Positions 1 to 10,115 are shown, numbered from the whole stretch's first letter. The stretch is DNA of 63,873 bases, filler included, from Candidatus Hydrogenedentota bacterium (GCA_040752395.1; 3 parts of 3 records of this genome joined end to end with filler, not necessarily neighbours in it); one strand, 5' to 3'. Made by a program: numbers and translations. Notes: generated from the sequence alone by a model not told the origin.

Positions 1-106
1 GGGCATGGCCGACGTGGAGTATATCAAAGCAGCCGTTGGTAAAGACGATTCTTTTTCTTTCTTTTTTAAGGCGCACGATAAGCTCTTTGGCCGCATCCCG
101 GGACAT
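1..106 (-). CDS. rfaE2: D-glycero-beta-D-manno-heptose 1-phosphate adenylyltransferase, N-terminus (runs off window edge)
   Basis: Not in ORF track. Manual translation gives MSRDAAKELIVRLKKERKRIVFTNGCFDILHVGHA; FTNGCFDILHxGH is the HldE/RfaE domain II signature. Confidence 0.85.
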   Translation of the reverse strand, partial: MSRDAAKELIVRLKKERKRIVFTNGCFDILHVGHA

Positions 107-188
107 ATCAAATAGAAGCAAGAAGCAAGAGAACGCAATAACGCAAGAACGCAATAGTGTAGAGCGCAAAAGCGACGATGGTGATTTC

Positions 189-1064
189 TTAGACATTTTT
201 AGCTCTGGGTCTTGCTCTGGTGACCTCTTCTCTGAACAAAAACTGAAGGAATCGTTTGATGTCATCCTCTTTAAAGTTCTTATATTTTACAGCCAACTGC
301 CATTTGTATCGAGCAGATTCAGATGAGATCTCGCTCACACGTACAACAATTGCTTCAATCCTGTCTGTAAAACAGATATTTTTGAAAAGAGGAGAGATAA
401 GAAATATATCTTCTCCTTTAGATACAGCCAATTTTTTAGTGATAAGATACATGCCGCTGGCACTGATATCCCTTATCATTGCAGGAATAATTGTTTCATC
501 TATCTTGATTTTCATAGGATAAATTACTTTCAGACGGAAGAAAAGCCTTCGCTCTGGTCTTGCGCCGGCTGCTGAGATAGTCTCAAAATGTGTCAATGGT
601 TCTGTAGTATCAATCTCGTATTCTTCTATTGGTATGAATGAACTTTTTATTATATGTTCAAATTCTCTAAGGCTGATTTCAGCGAAAGCGAGACCGTTTA
701 ATACGTTTTTAACTTTTTCAAGAATACATTCTGAGATGAAAGGTTTTGCGATATAATCGCAGGCACCAGCGGAAACCGCTGATTTTACGTCCTCGCTTGA
801 CCTTTTTACAGATATCATAATTATTGGAGTATATTTTGTGGAATTGGTATCTTTAAGTCTCCGACATACCTCAAAACCATTGATATCAGGCATAAGGATG
901 TCAAGAAGTATGAGGTCAGGTCTTTTTTGAAATGCTAATCTTAAACCCTCTTTGCCACTTGATGCAGTAATAACATCATAACCCTCAGGTTCAAGGTTCA
1001 TTTTTATTATTTCCAGTATATCTTTTGAATCATCGATTACTAAAATTCTAATTTTTTTTCTCAT
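189..1064 (-). CDS. Response regulator, REC plus C-terminal PilZ domain
   Basis: N-terminal receiver (ILVIDD...LLDILMP...AKPF); C-terminal ERRLFFRL (RxxxR) and DISASG (DxSxxG) PilZ motifs. Confidence 0.85.
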   Translation of the reverse strand: MRKKIRILVIDDSKDILEIIKMNLEPEGYDVITASSGKEGLRLAFQKRPDLILLDILMPDINGFEVCRRLKDTNSTKYTPIIMISVKRSSEDVKSAVSAGACDYIAKPFISECILEKVKNVLNGLAFAEISLREFEHIIKSSFIPIEEYEIDTTEPLTHFETISAAGARPERRLFFRLKVIYPMKIKIDETIIPAMIRDISASGMYLITKKLAVSKGEDIFLISPLFKNICFTDRIEAIVVRVSEISSESARYKWQLAVKYKNFKEDDIKRFLQFLFREEVTRARPRAKNV

Positions 1065-1071
1065 ATTATTG

Positions 1072-3123
1072 TTATTGTGGTTCTATTTCTACAGGTAGTG
1101 TAAATGTAAATGATGCACCTTTGTCTTCCTCACTTGTTGCTGTAATATTACCTTTATGTGCTTCTATTATGCTTTTTGCTATAGCGAGTCCCAGACCAGC
1201 ACCTCCTGATTTTTTGGTATAGGAATTCTTTGCTCGATAAAATTTATCAAAAATGTATGGAAGGTCGTTTGACGGGATCCCCGGACCATTATCCTGTATT
1301 TTAAATACTATCTCTTTATCTTTTTTTATTGTAGTAATTATTATCTTACCTCTCTTTTGAATGAACTTAATACTATTTCCTATTATATTAATCAAAACCT
1401 GTTTCAGTCCATCAGGGTCTGCATAAATGGGTGGTAAGTCATCAGGTATAGTTGTTTTAATACTTATATTTTTCTTTTTAATACGTTGGTCAAGTATTTC
1501 TATCACTTCAGAAAGTATCTCTGAAAAAATAAAAGATTTTTTTTCTATTGTTAACTCCCCGGCTTCGATTTTCGAGAGATCAAGAAGTTCATTAACAAGT
1601 CTGACCAGACGATTGACATTATTTGAAGCTATATTTAACAATTTAATCTGTTCCTGATTAAGGGGTCCAAGCTTCTGTTTTAATATGAGGTCAGTAGAAC
1701 CTTTGATAGCAGCCATCGGTGTGCGCAGTTCGTGAGAGACAAGTGCTATAAAGTCTGATTTCATTCTGTCAACTTCTTTAAGTTTACTTATGTCCTGGAA
1801 AATTGTTACACATCCTATCTGGATGCTGGTGCTATCAAATAAAGGTGCAGCGTTTATGAGTAGTGGTGTGGGTGGCTTTCTTTTATTGACCATTTGGATT
1901 TCGTAGTTTATCATTGTCATTCCAGTTTCTAATACTTTACCAAAAATGCAACGAGATTTACAAACATCAAGGCCACAATGTTCATGAAAAAATACTTCTT
2001 TGCAACTTTTCTCTATCGCTTCTTCTTTACTGTATCCAGTGATCTTTTCAGCCATCTGATTAAAAGTAATAATCTTGTAATCATTGTTTATGACAACTAT
2101 ACCCTCTGCGATACTGCTGATAACAGCCTCGTGTTTGCTTGTGAGTTCACGAAGATTCTGTGTTGCGGTTTCTACTTCTCTTTTAAGTATCTCCTGAAAT
2201 TTTCTTCGCTCCATTATCAAGCCAATTTGTTCTGTAATCATTGTTGCTAATTTAAAATCATCTTCATTAAATGATTCCTCATTAATTTTATTTAATATCT
2301 CTATTACACCTATAACTTTGTTTTCAAGTTTTAGCGGAACACAGATAACGGATCTAGTGACGAAGCCGGTTATTTCATCGATGCGGCGGGCGAATCTCGG
2401 GTCGGATTGTGCATCGGCTACATATACAGATATATCATTTTTTGCTGAATCACCTACGATACCTTCGCCATCATTTAAGGAGATACCCAAAAGCTTGTCT
2501 CGCTTTGGCCCGGTTGCATATTTAAATACAAGCGTTTTATTCCCTTCTTTATATTCGTATAGCAAAAGAGAAGTTGCTTCACTTAAAACAGTATCTCGCA
2601 ATAACTCCATACCGAGTTCAAGCATTTTCTCCATATCAAATTCTATTTTTAGTATCTGATAGAGTTTATAGAGAGCTTCTAATTTTATTTTTCGTTCTCT
2701 CTCAATAGTATCTTTATAGATGATAATGCTTTTCATCAATTCTTTATGATTATTCAGTAATTCGATATGATTCAAGGCGCGGGTAATAACTATTTTTATA
2801 TTATCGATATCAAATGGCTTGACAATGTAATCATAAGCGCCAATCTTAATAGCTTCACGGCTTACAGCTGTATCTTTTACAGCTGTCACCATAATTACAG
2901 CTATCTGTGGGGCTATCCCTATAATTTTTTTTAATAATTCCATGCCATTCATACCAGGTAGCCTTATATCTAAAAGCATAATATCAGGGGCTTCTTTAAA
3001 CAATTCTTTAAGTGCATGATTTGCATCAGGGGAAGATTTTACTTTATATTCTTCCTTTAATAAAGTATCTAAAAATTCTCTTATGTGTGGTTCATCATCA
3101 ACAATATGGATTAGTTTTTTCAT
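1072..3123 (-). CDS. Hybrid sensor histidine kinase (REC-GAF-PAS-HisKA-HATPase), cytoplasmic
   Basis: REC (IVDDE, LDIRLPG, KPF), GAF (RSVICVPLK), PAS (FNQMAEKITGY), H-box VSHELRTP, N/G boxes (NIIGNSIKF, DNGPG, GAGLGL). Start trimmed to ATG 3123. Confidence 0.9.
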   Translation of the reverse strand: MKKLIHIVDDEPHIREFLDTLLKEEYKVKSSPDANHALKELFKEAPDIMLLDIRLPGMNGMELLKKIIGIAPQIAVIMVTAVKDTAVSREAIKIGAYDYIVKPFDIDNIKIVITRALNHIELLNNHKELMKSIIIYKDTIERERKIKLEALYKLYQILKIEFDMEKMLELGMELLRDTVLSEATSLLLYEYKEGNKTLVFKYATGPKRDKLLGISLNDGEGIVGDSAKNDISVYVADAQSDPRFARRIDEITGFVTRSVICVPLKLENKVIGVIEILNKINEESFNEDDFKLATMITEQIGLIMERRKFQEILKREVETATQNLRELTSKHEAVISSIAEGIVVINNDYKIITFNQMAEKITGYSKEEAIEKSCKEVFFHEHCGLDVCKSRCIFGKVLETGMTMINYEIQMVNKRKPPTPLLINAAPLFDSTSIQIGCVTIFQDISKLKEVDRMKSDFIALVSHELRTPMAAIKGSTDLILKQKLGPLNQEQIKLLNIASNNVNRLVRLVNELLDLSKIEAGELTIEKKSFIFSEILSEVIEILDQRIKKKNISIKTTIPDDLPPIYADPDGLKQVLINIIGNSIKFIQKRGKIIITTIKKDKEIVFKIQDNGPGIPSNDLPYIFDKFYRAKNSYTKKSGGAGLGLAIAKSIIEAHKGNITATSEEDKGASFTFTLPVEIEPQ

Positions 3124-3130
3124 AGTTTTA

Positions 3131-5650
3131 TTATGACGTAATATCAATTTTTGTCAAGAGAGTAACAGCCAGTAAAAGTATATAGTAACAAGTCCCGATT
3201 AGAAATAAAGCACAACCAGCTGTGAATGAGAGAGGCCTATATTTAAATGATACAATATGTTCACCTTTGTCTATTTCTACACCCCTTACTAAACCATTAA
3301 TACGAAATATCTCCTTCTCTTTGCCATCAACATACACTCGCCAGCCTCTGTAATAAGAATCAACTAAAACTAATATCCCATCAGAAGTTGTCTTCGCAAG
3401 TATCTCAACGTTGTCAGGCCCGTATTTTATAATCTCAGTTTTCCATTGAGGATTGGGTTCCACAATATTAAGATTAATATCTTTCTCTATAATTGCTATC
3501 TCTTTAAAATTAAAACTATTATCAAGTAATATTTGTTGGGCTTGTTTAAAATTGTCTGCTTTTAATGTTTTAAATACAATATATGTTCTGGGACGGAATT
3601 CCTTATTTTCAAAAATAGTTACATCACTGCCTTTATATACAACGGGTAATCCTAAATCAATTCTATTAGTACAGAAAATATATCTTACACCGAGAAAGGA
3701 ATATATCCTCAATTTTTCGATAAAGTCCTTATAAAAGGGGGTTTCAGAATCACTCACTCCGGCAAACCATAGTCTGTGATATCCCTTAAGAGGTTTTGTA
3801 AGTAACAAATTATTGATAAGATTATCTGTCTCTTCTGGTGTTAAAGAATTGATGTATCTAACATCGTATAAATTATAAACACCGGAATAATTAGGGAGAA
3901 ACATCCCATCTACACCGATAATTCTGAAAAGAGATTGTGAGTTTGTTACTTTTTTAATTGGGGGAGTAACAGGGAATGGGTTTCTACGTAATGGTAAGCC
4001 ATAATTGGATGAGAGTTCCAGTATAATGTATGATAATAAGGATATGATTATAAAAAATAAAGCTAAAAATTTTTTTCTAATAAATATTATACTTAACCAG
4101 CCAAACATAAGCGGGATAAATAATAGATAACTCCATAGAGTATCATATCCTTTTGGAATATAAAACCATAATTCAAGAATTATAAGGATGCATAATAATT
4201 TTGTCCTTTGAAAGCCATCAGTGTATTTATTGAAGATAAAGTATAATATTAAGAAGAAGCAGATAAGATGTAAGAAACTTAAGATATAAGAATAATTATA
4301 AAAGTTCGAGAGGGGATGCGGCATAGTAATACCAGCTAAAGATTTATCTAAAGAAAGTTTACTTAAGAGAATCAATAGTAAAATTACAATAAATGAGATA
4401 ATAATATTTTTCTTACTTATGTAAGATATATTCTGCAACCCGATAGCAGATGTTATAGCAAGACAGAGACAAAAGACAGGGCCAGACCATTTTTGAAACC
4501 ATATAATATTAAAAAAAGGCAGGTATCCGAGGTATTTAAATGGTGGGATACCAAATTTATGGAGTAATATTGAGAGACCGCAGACAGTAAAAAAAATAAA
4601 TTCTATTCTATGTTTAATCTCTCTTTTCAAAAACAACGAAAATATCGCTACCCACACAAATAAACTAACATAACCACCTACAATATCCTGATATCCTGAT
4701 TCAGGGAAAGATATAAAAAAATTAAATTTTAATATTACAGCTGGTAACAAGATAAGCACTATTTCTTTAAGACTTAAAAAAATAGAAAATGGGATTTTCA
4801 TTGTTTCTGTATGTATATGATAAGAATTAAAAACCAGTTCTAAAAATAACATTAATAAAGGTGAGGCAAACATAAAAGCTACTATCCACACTTGAATGTG
4901 TTTTAGCAATTCGTTCTTTAAAGCTATAACATCTCGTCGTCTCCATAAACCAAGTAACGTGTACAAAAACCCTAATGCTAAAGCATAGAAACAGACCTCA
5001 GGCTGACCAGCGTATAAAATCAGGGCTATGACTACTGATAAGAACAATTGATTAGATATTTTATTATTTTGTAAAAGAACCTCTATAGCATATAATAGAA
5101 GTGGTATCATCATACCGACATTTGTCATCTGTTCCAGATATACGAACCATACAAAAGAGCCTGAAAATTGATATATTATTCCGGCGATGAAAGAAGGCAA
5201 AATATCTAATTGTAATTTTCTACAGAATAGAAAAGTGAAAAAACCAGCTAACACAAACCTGAATAAAACAAAATAATCCCATAACCAGTAGGGAGAGATA
5301 TTTTCTAAGATTTGATAAGGGAAGAATGAGCGTGTGCTATATTGCGCTGCCAGAGGTGTACCAAGCCCTATATATGGATTCCATAATGGTAGCTTATTGT
5401 TTTTTAGCATATCGCCTGTGATTTTATTTATTGGTTCTTCATAATAGATGGGGGTGGATAAATCAATTGAGAGGGTATTGAGTTGAGGCCGTATTTTACT
5501 ATCATCCATTACAGGTGATGGATAGTAGAGAGAGGGTATGAAAGTTCTTTCAAGAAACGTAACAGGATAATAAATGATAAAGACCAGGGCAGCATAAACC
5601 AGAACGAATTTTACTTTCTCATTAAGCTTAAAGTTATTTGTTTTTATCAT
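3131..5650 (-). CDS. YfhO-family multipass membrane protein (GT-C-like glycosyltransferase)
   Basis: LPLWNPYIGLGTP motif, many TM helices, C-terminal DSYYRGWRVYVDG...GEHIVSFKYRP typical of YfhO. Confidence 0.8.
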   Translation of the reverse strand: MIKTNNFKLNEKVKFVLVYAALVFIIYYPVTFLERTFIPSLYYPSPVMDDSKIRPQLNTLSIDLSTPIYYEEPINKITGDMLKNNKLPLWNPYIGLGTPLAAQYSTRSFFPYQILENISPYWLWDYFVLFRFVLAGFFTFLFCRKLQLDILPSFIAGIIYQFSGSFVWFVYLEQMTNVGMMIPLLLYAIEVLLQNNKISNQLFLSVVIALILYAGQPEVCFYALALGFLYTLLGLWRRRDVIALKNELLKHIQVWIVAFMFASPLLMLFLELVFNSYHIHTETMKIPFSIFLSLKEIVLILLPAVILKFNFFISFPESGYQDIVGGYVSLFVWVAIFSLFLKREIKHRIEFIFFTVCGLSILLHKFGIPPFKYLGYLPFFNIIWFQKWSGPVFCLCLAITSAIGLQNISYISKKNIIISFIVILLLILLSKLSLDKSLAGITMPHPLSNFYNYSYILSFLHLICFFLILYFIFNKYTDGFQRTKLLCILIILELWFYIPKGYDTLWSYLLFIPLMFGWLSIIFIRKKFLALFFIIISLLSYIILELSSNYGLPLRRNPFPVTPPIKKVTNSQSLFRIIGVDGMFLPNYSGVYNLYDVRYINSLTPEETDNLINNLLLTKPLKGYHRLWFAGVSDSETPFYKDFIEKLRIYSFLGVRYIFCTNRIDLGLPVVYKGSDVTIFENKEFRPRTYIVFKTLKADNFKQAQQILLDNSFNFKEIAIIEKDINLNIVEPNPQWKTEIIKYGPDNVEILAKTTSDGILVLVDSYYRGWRVYVDGKEKEIFRINGLVRGVEIDKGEHIVSFKYRPLSFTAGCALFLIGTCYYILLLAVTLLTKIDITS

Positions 5651-5697
5651 CAGGTTGTAGGATTAAAAAGAAAACGCAAAAAGTCAATAAAAACAAA

Positions 5698-5733
5698 ACC
5701 CCGCACATCATCCAGGGATGAGTTGTGCGGGGT
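5698..5733 (-). terminator. Intrinsic terminator of flagellin gene
   Basis: ACCCCGCACA...TGTGCGGGGT stem followed on the minus strand by TTTTGTTTTT. Confidence 0.75.
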
Positions 5734-5773
5734 AAAATTTTCAAATTCTGGACCTACCCGGAATAAAGGATTT

Positions 5774-6604
5774 TTAACGCAATAGGTTCAACACGTTCTG
5801 ACTCGAGAGATTAGCCTGTGCTAGAGATGCGACGCCAGTCTGCTGTAAAATCTGGTTCACAGAAAGACCAACTATCTCAGTAGCTATATCAGCATCCTCA
5901 ATTCGAGACAGACCTGCACGCTGGTTTTCATTAGCGATATTCAGGAAATTGAATGCACCTTCAAGTCTGTTCTGAAATGCACCGATATCAGCTCGCTGTG
6001 ATGCTATATCCTCTATAGCGCTATCGAGATCAGCGATTGCATTTTGAGCATTTGCTTGGGTTGTTACATCGAGATCTGCTATACCGAGAATAGTAGCATT
6101 AGTAGTTTCGAGATTGAGTGTTACGGTTTCATTTCGATTTGCACCTGCCTGAATAGTTAGTCCGCCGTTTGCTTGACCAAAGTTGCCAGTTAACAAAGGC
6201 TGACCATTGAACTGAACAGCGCCAGCCTGACGGTCGATCTCATCAATAAGCTGGTCAATCTCGGTCTGGATAAGCTGTCGATCCTGGTCAGTTAAGGTGC
6301 CATTAGCAGCTTGTACAGACAACTCGCGTATTCGCTGTGTATTCTCCTGAATAACCTGTAGACCACCCTCAGCAGTCTGGACGAGTGAAATGCCATCCTG
6401 CACATTCCGGGCAGCTTGAGTAAGCCCATTTGTCTGGGTTCTGATACGTTCTGCGACTGCAAGGTTAGCAGCATCATCTGCAGCTCTGTTAATACGTTTA
6501 GCAGATGCTAATCGTGCTATACGTTCCTGCAGCTCCTGCTGATTAACCTGCATAAAACGACTTGCACTTAATGCTGGAATGTTATTGTTTACTCTGAAGC
6601 CCAC
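5774..6604 (-). CDS. fliC: Flagellin (minimal, D0/D1 only, 276 aa)
   Basis: RLASAKRINRAADDAA, NVQDGISLVQTAEG, RADIGAFQNRL, SRIEDAD, QANLSSQNVLNLLR. GTG start with GGGAGG SD. Confidence 0.95.
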   Translation of the reverse strand: MGFRVNNNIPALSASRFMQVNQQELQERIARLASAKRINRAADDAANLAVAERIRTQTNGLTQAARNVQDGISLVQTAEGGLQVIQENTQRIRELSVQAANGTLTDQDRQLIQTEIDQLIDEIDRQAGAVQFNGQPLLTGNFGQANGGLTIQAGANRNETVTLNLETTNATILGIADLDVTTQANAQNAIADLDSAIEDIASQRADIGAFQNRLEGAFNFLNIANENQRAGLSRIEDADIATEIVGLSVNQILQQTGVASLAQANLSSQNVLNLLR

Positions 6605-6683
6605 GGTAGGTCCCTCCCTTCCTTGGATAGAACACTATCCTTAATAAAGCCCCTGAGCAGAGGCTTTTTATTTATTTATATCT

Positions 6684-6711
6684 ATTATAATCATTTTCTG
6701 ATAAATGTCAA
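6684..6711 (-). promoter_or_regulatory. sigma70-type promoter of flagellin
   Basis: Minus strand TTGACA-N16-TATAAT, perfect hexamers, about 80 nt upstream of the GTG. Confidence 0.7.
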
Positions 6712-6831
6712 GATGTTTTTTCTTTTTATTTTGTATCCCATAAAGTTCTGAATTGCAGTTTTTATGGATTGACCTGTGAATAATCTTTTTGTAAAATAGC
6801 ATAATTTCAAAGGATTCATTACTGAAAATTT

Positions 6832-7428
6832 ATGATATTTCATCAGATACAATTAGGACCGATGGAGAACTGGGTATATATAATTGGGTGTCAGGAAGTA
6901 AAAGATGGAGCTGTAATTGATCCTGGCTGGGAATCAAATAGAATCCTTGAAATTATATATGATAATAAATTAAAGCTGAAATATATTCTTAATACCCATT
7001 CTCATTTTGACCATACCGCAGAAAATAGAATTATTAAAAACGCAACAGGTGCTTTGATCGCTATTGGAGAAAATGAGCCAGAGATATCTCCACCACCTGA
7101 TATCTTACTTAAAGACAATCAGGTTATATTATTAGGTAGCTTGAAGATTAAAACTATTTATACACCGGGTCATACGTCTGGTGGGGTATGTTATTATGTT
7201 GATAATAAGTTATTTACAGGAGATACAATATTTGCTGGTGGTGAAGTAGGGAGGACAGATTTACCGGGTGGTTCAGACGAAAAATTGATAACTAGTATTA
7301 GAAAGATTTCTAAACTTCCTGATGATACTTTAATTTATTCTGGTCATAATTATTCAGGTGTATCTTATACCACACTCAAGGATGAAAAAAATATAAATTC
7401 CTATTTTATGGAGGGTAGTTTTTACTAA
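6832..7428 (+). CDS. MBL-fold metallo-hydrolase (glyoxalase II-like)
   Basis: THSHFDH, TPGHT, FTGDT, GH motifs. Confidence 0.9.
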   Translation: MIFHQIQLGPMENWVYIIGCQEVKDGAVIDPGWESNRILEIIYDNKLKLKYILNTHSHFDHTAENRIIKNATGALIAIGENEPEISPPPDILLKDNQVILLGSLKIKTIYTPGHTSGGVCYYVDNKLFTGDTIFAGGEVGRTDLPGGSDEKLITSIRKISKLPDDTLIYSGHNYSGVSYTTLKDEKNINSYFMEGSFY

Positions 7429-8494
7429 TAATAGAGACGAGTTTATTGACGACCGCTTCAAACGAGGATTCGTCGATATAATCAAATGGGAAACTGCTAT
7501 TATATTTTCGGTTTCCTGCTGCCGATGCTGTCTCATGACCACCGCCGCCAAATATTTTTGCTATCAATCCTGCACTTATGCCTTTAGACTTCTGGTCTCG
7601 CCGAATACTTAAAAAGCCGTGCCTGTTTAATATAACTACAAAATCGGGTTTATATTTATCGAAGAGATAAATCGCAGCTGGTGTTGATTTTAAGCCGTTC
7701 TCTTTGGGTGTTAATGCAAAAACAAAATTTCGTTTTATTTTATTTCTGCTTTTATAAAAAGAGATTTCACGGGTTGTAGTTATAAGTTGTTGACAGAGTC
7801 TTTGAGTTTTTTTCATAGAATATTCATATCTCTCTTGAAGCTCGTCATTCCAGAAGATACCATCTGATAGATACTCGATCAATTTTTTGTTATTATAATC
7901 CGAACCTATAACTACAGAGATTCTTGTTGCTTCATTAAGTTTTCTGAAACCCAGATCCTGGTCTCTTGCAAAAGTTCTTAAGGTTTTTAAAATATTATCA
8001 TCCTTAATATTTTCATAATGAAACAGATATTTTTGTATCATTTCTGTGGCGCATTCTCTGGTATATGATTTTGAAGCTTTCGGGTCTATATTCTGCAGAT
8101 TTAAATAAAGAAAAAGGTTCTCTTCATAGAACTTATAAAAAATATTTCTTATAACATCTGAAACAGGATGATGGTCTACATAAATAAGCTCATTATTCTG
8201 AGATTTTAATCTAAGAAGCAAGTCTCTTACATATTCAACTGAGGAGTGTTTTGAACTGAAAAGTATTGATTCTGCTGGTATATCTGAAAGATATATTTTT
8301 TTATTATGATAAGTAAGCAAAGGCTCGATACTGTAATTATAATAATCGATCAGGGTATAATCATAGTTTTCATATTGGATAAGTTTTAATTTTTTGGCTT
8401 TACGGACGAGTGATGCTACAGAACCAACCGCATCAAAATCTGTTTTACTTCCTTTTATGTCTCCGTGGCTTACGTATAATTCCTTGATCTTCAT
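7406..8494 (-). CDS. DHH/DHHA1-family phosphoesterase
   Basis: N-terminal H..DFD, YVDHH, and C-terminal GGGGHETAS motif. Confidence 0.7.
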   Translation of the reverse strand: MKIKELYVSHGDIKGSKTDFDAVGSVASLVRKAKKLKLIQYENYDYTLIDYYNYSIEPLLTYHNKKIYLSDIPAESILFSSKHSSVEYVRDLLLRLKSQNNELIYVDHHPVSDVIRNIFYKFYEENLFLYLNLQNIDPKASKSYTRECATEMIQKYLFHYENIKDDNILKTLRTFARDQDLGFRKLNEATRISVVIGSDYNNKKLIEYLSDGIFWNDELQERYEYSMKKTQRLCQQLITTTREISFYKSRNKIKRNFVFALTPKENGLKSTPAAIYLFDKYKPDFVVILNRHGFLSIRRDQKSKGISAGLIAKIFGGGGHETASAAGNRKYNSSFPFDYIDESSFEAVVNKLVSIISKNYPP

Positions 8495-8648
8495 TAGATG
8501 TTTCTTTCTGTTATAGAAATAATCTTTATTTTACGTGGTTAGATTAAATTAGACAACAAATTTTTTCGTTATCTTTATCTTGCTTCACCTATAACCGAGG
8601 GAAAACTTTTTTATTGTATCATTATAATAATATGCTATAATATTATTT

Positions 8649-8852
8649 ATGAAAGTAAAGATAAATGGTAATATAGAAGAAGTAGCTAATTCTTTAACTA
8701 TATTTGAGCTTCTTAAAAGTAAAGAAATAAAAAATTTAGATGGTATCGTTTGCGAGTATAATGGTAGAATATTAAAAAAAGAATTGTGGGATAAAACTTT
8801 ACTAAATGGGAATGACAGGATAGAATTTATTCAATTTATCGGTGGCGGGTAA
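8649..8852 (+). CDS. thiS: Sulfur carrier protein ThiS
   Basis: 67-aa ubiquitin-like protein: MKVKING...DRIEFIQFIGGG C-terminus. Confidence 0.85.
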   Translation: MKVKINGNIEEVANSLTIFELLKSKEIKNLDGIVCEYNGRILKKELWDKTLLNGNDRIEFIQFIGGG

Positions 8853-9041
8853 TCGTGGTTCTACTCTGTTCTCTGATATTTCTTGGTCCCAACTTTTCAC
8901 AGGACTCGTTATGGCTGTGGTTTGCGATTTACACGCTGTTAAAGAAAGTTACTCTGTTAGTACTCTGGAGTTAAATTTCGTTCTCTAACAGGTTACACAA
9001 AAAATGAAAAAGTTAACTCCTGAACTCATCAACTTTTTCGA

Positions 9042-9201
9042 AGGAGTACTCATGAGCGCACTTTGCGCTCTACACAAAGGATGAAAAACTAAGGATGATA
9101 TGTTGGCTTCAGGCTCCGGGCTTCGGGCTCCAGCCGGCTGTAGTCCGTAGCCTGTAGCCTGTAGCCCAAATTATTAGGGTTGCGAAGTTTTTCAGAGGAG
9201 G
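9042..9201. repeat. Modular intergenic repeat element, short variant (reverse-complement match to 63765-63873)
   Basis: CATGAGCGC..GCGCTCTACAC end, CCAGCCGGCTGTAGTCCGTAGCCTGTAGCC core, TTTTTCAGAGGAGG end. Confidence 0.85.
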
Positions 9202-9216
9202 TATATAGGGGTATAT

Positions 9217-10035
9217 ATGAGACGACTGGCAGGAAAGATTATTGATAAAATATTAAGTAAATTAAATAGCCTTAAAAATATAAAAGACAATGCAATAAAA
9301 GACGAGATACTTGAAGAACTTGAGGACTTGTTTGATGAGCTGATTATATTTGAGGGTAAGACAGGTGCGAGTTTAAGCAAGACCGTTGATATCCTTGAGA
9401 AAGAGAGAAAACGAGTTAGTCACGAGATACACGATGGGCCAGCGCAGGTTATAGCAGCTGTTGTCAGACGAATAGAATATTGTGAGTCTCTTTTAGAGAG
9501 TGAAACAATTGATAAAACGAAGATTATTAATGAATTGAGAGACATTAAAAATGATTTAAGACGTGAAATAGCAGAGCTTAGAACACTGATATTCAGTTTA
9601 AGACCACCCGCGCTTGATGACCTTGGTTTGAAATCCGCTGTCTCGTCACTTGTAAATAATTTAAAACGTGAAAGAGAGATTAATATAGAATTTACAGGCG
9701 ATGATTGGGTTCAACTGACTAAAGAGGCTGAGTTAAATATATATAGAATAATTCAGGAAGCACTGAATAATATATGGAAATACTCTGATACCACATCTGT
9801 GAGAATTAATTTTCAAATAACCGAAGCCGTATATGAATGGATTATTGAAGATTTCGGCACAAAAGAGATTGAGGTTGAACCTGAGGAAAAACTCATAGAG
9901 AAAGGCAAAGCAGGACTTATTCATATGCTGGAACGCGCAGAACTTATGAATGCTGAACTCCTGATTCAACCCAAAAAGGAAGGAGGCTTGAGTATCATCA
10001 TAAGGTTACCTAAAACAAACAGTCTAAAAACCTAA
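9217..10035 (+). CDS. DegS/NarX-like (HisKA_3) cytoplasmic histidine kinase, orphan
   Basis: ERKRVSHEIHDGPAQ, LRPPALDDLGL, YRIIQEALNN. G-boxes are degenerate. Confidence 0.85.
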   Translation: MRRLAGKIIDKILSKLNSLKNIKDNAIKDEILEELEDLFDELIIFEGKTGASLSKTVDILEKERKRVSHEIHDGPAQVIAAVVRRIEYCESLLESETIDKTKIINELRDIKNDLRREIAELRTLIFSLRPPALDDLGLKSAVSSLVNNLKREREINIEFTGDDWVQLTKEAELNIYRIIQEALNNIWKYSDTTSVRINFQITEAVYEWIIEDFGTKEIEVEPEEKLIEKGKAGLIHMLERAELMNAELLIQPKKEGGLSIIIRLPKTNSLKT

Positions 10036-10046
10036 CACCTGTACCC

Positions 10047-10081
10047 CGAATTATTAGAGTTACAACGTTTTTCAGAGGAGG
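10047..10081. repeat. Isolated SD-bearing end module of the repeat family
   Basis: CGAATTATTAGAGTTACAACGTTTTTCAGAGGAGG matches the reverse complement of 63765-63799. Confidence 0.75.
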
Positions 10082-10115
10082 GTGATTAAATTTGCAATTT
10101 GCAATATAAATAGTT

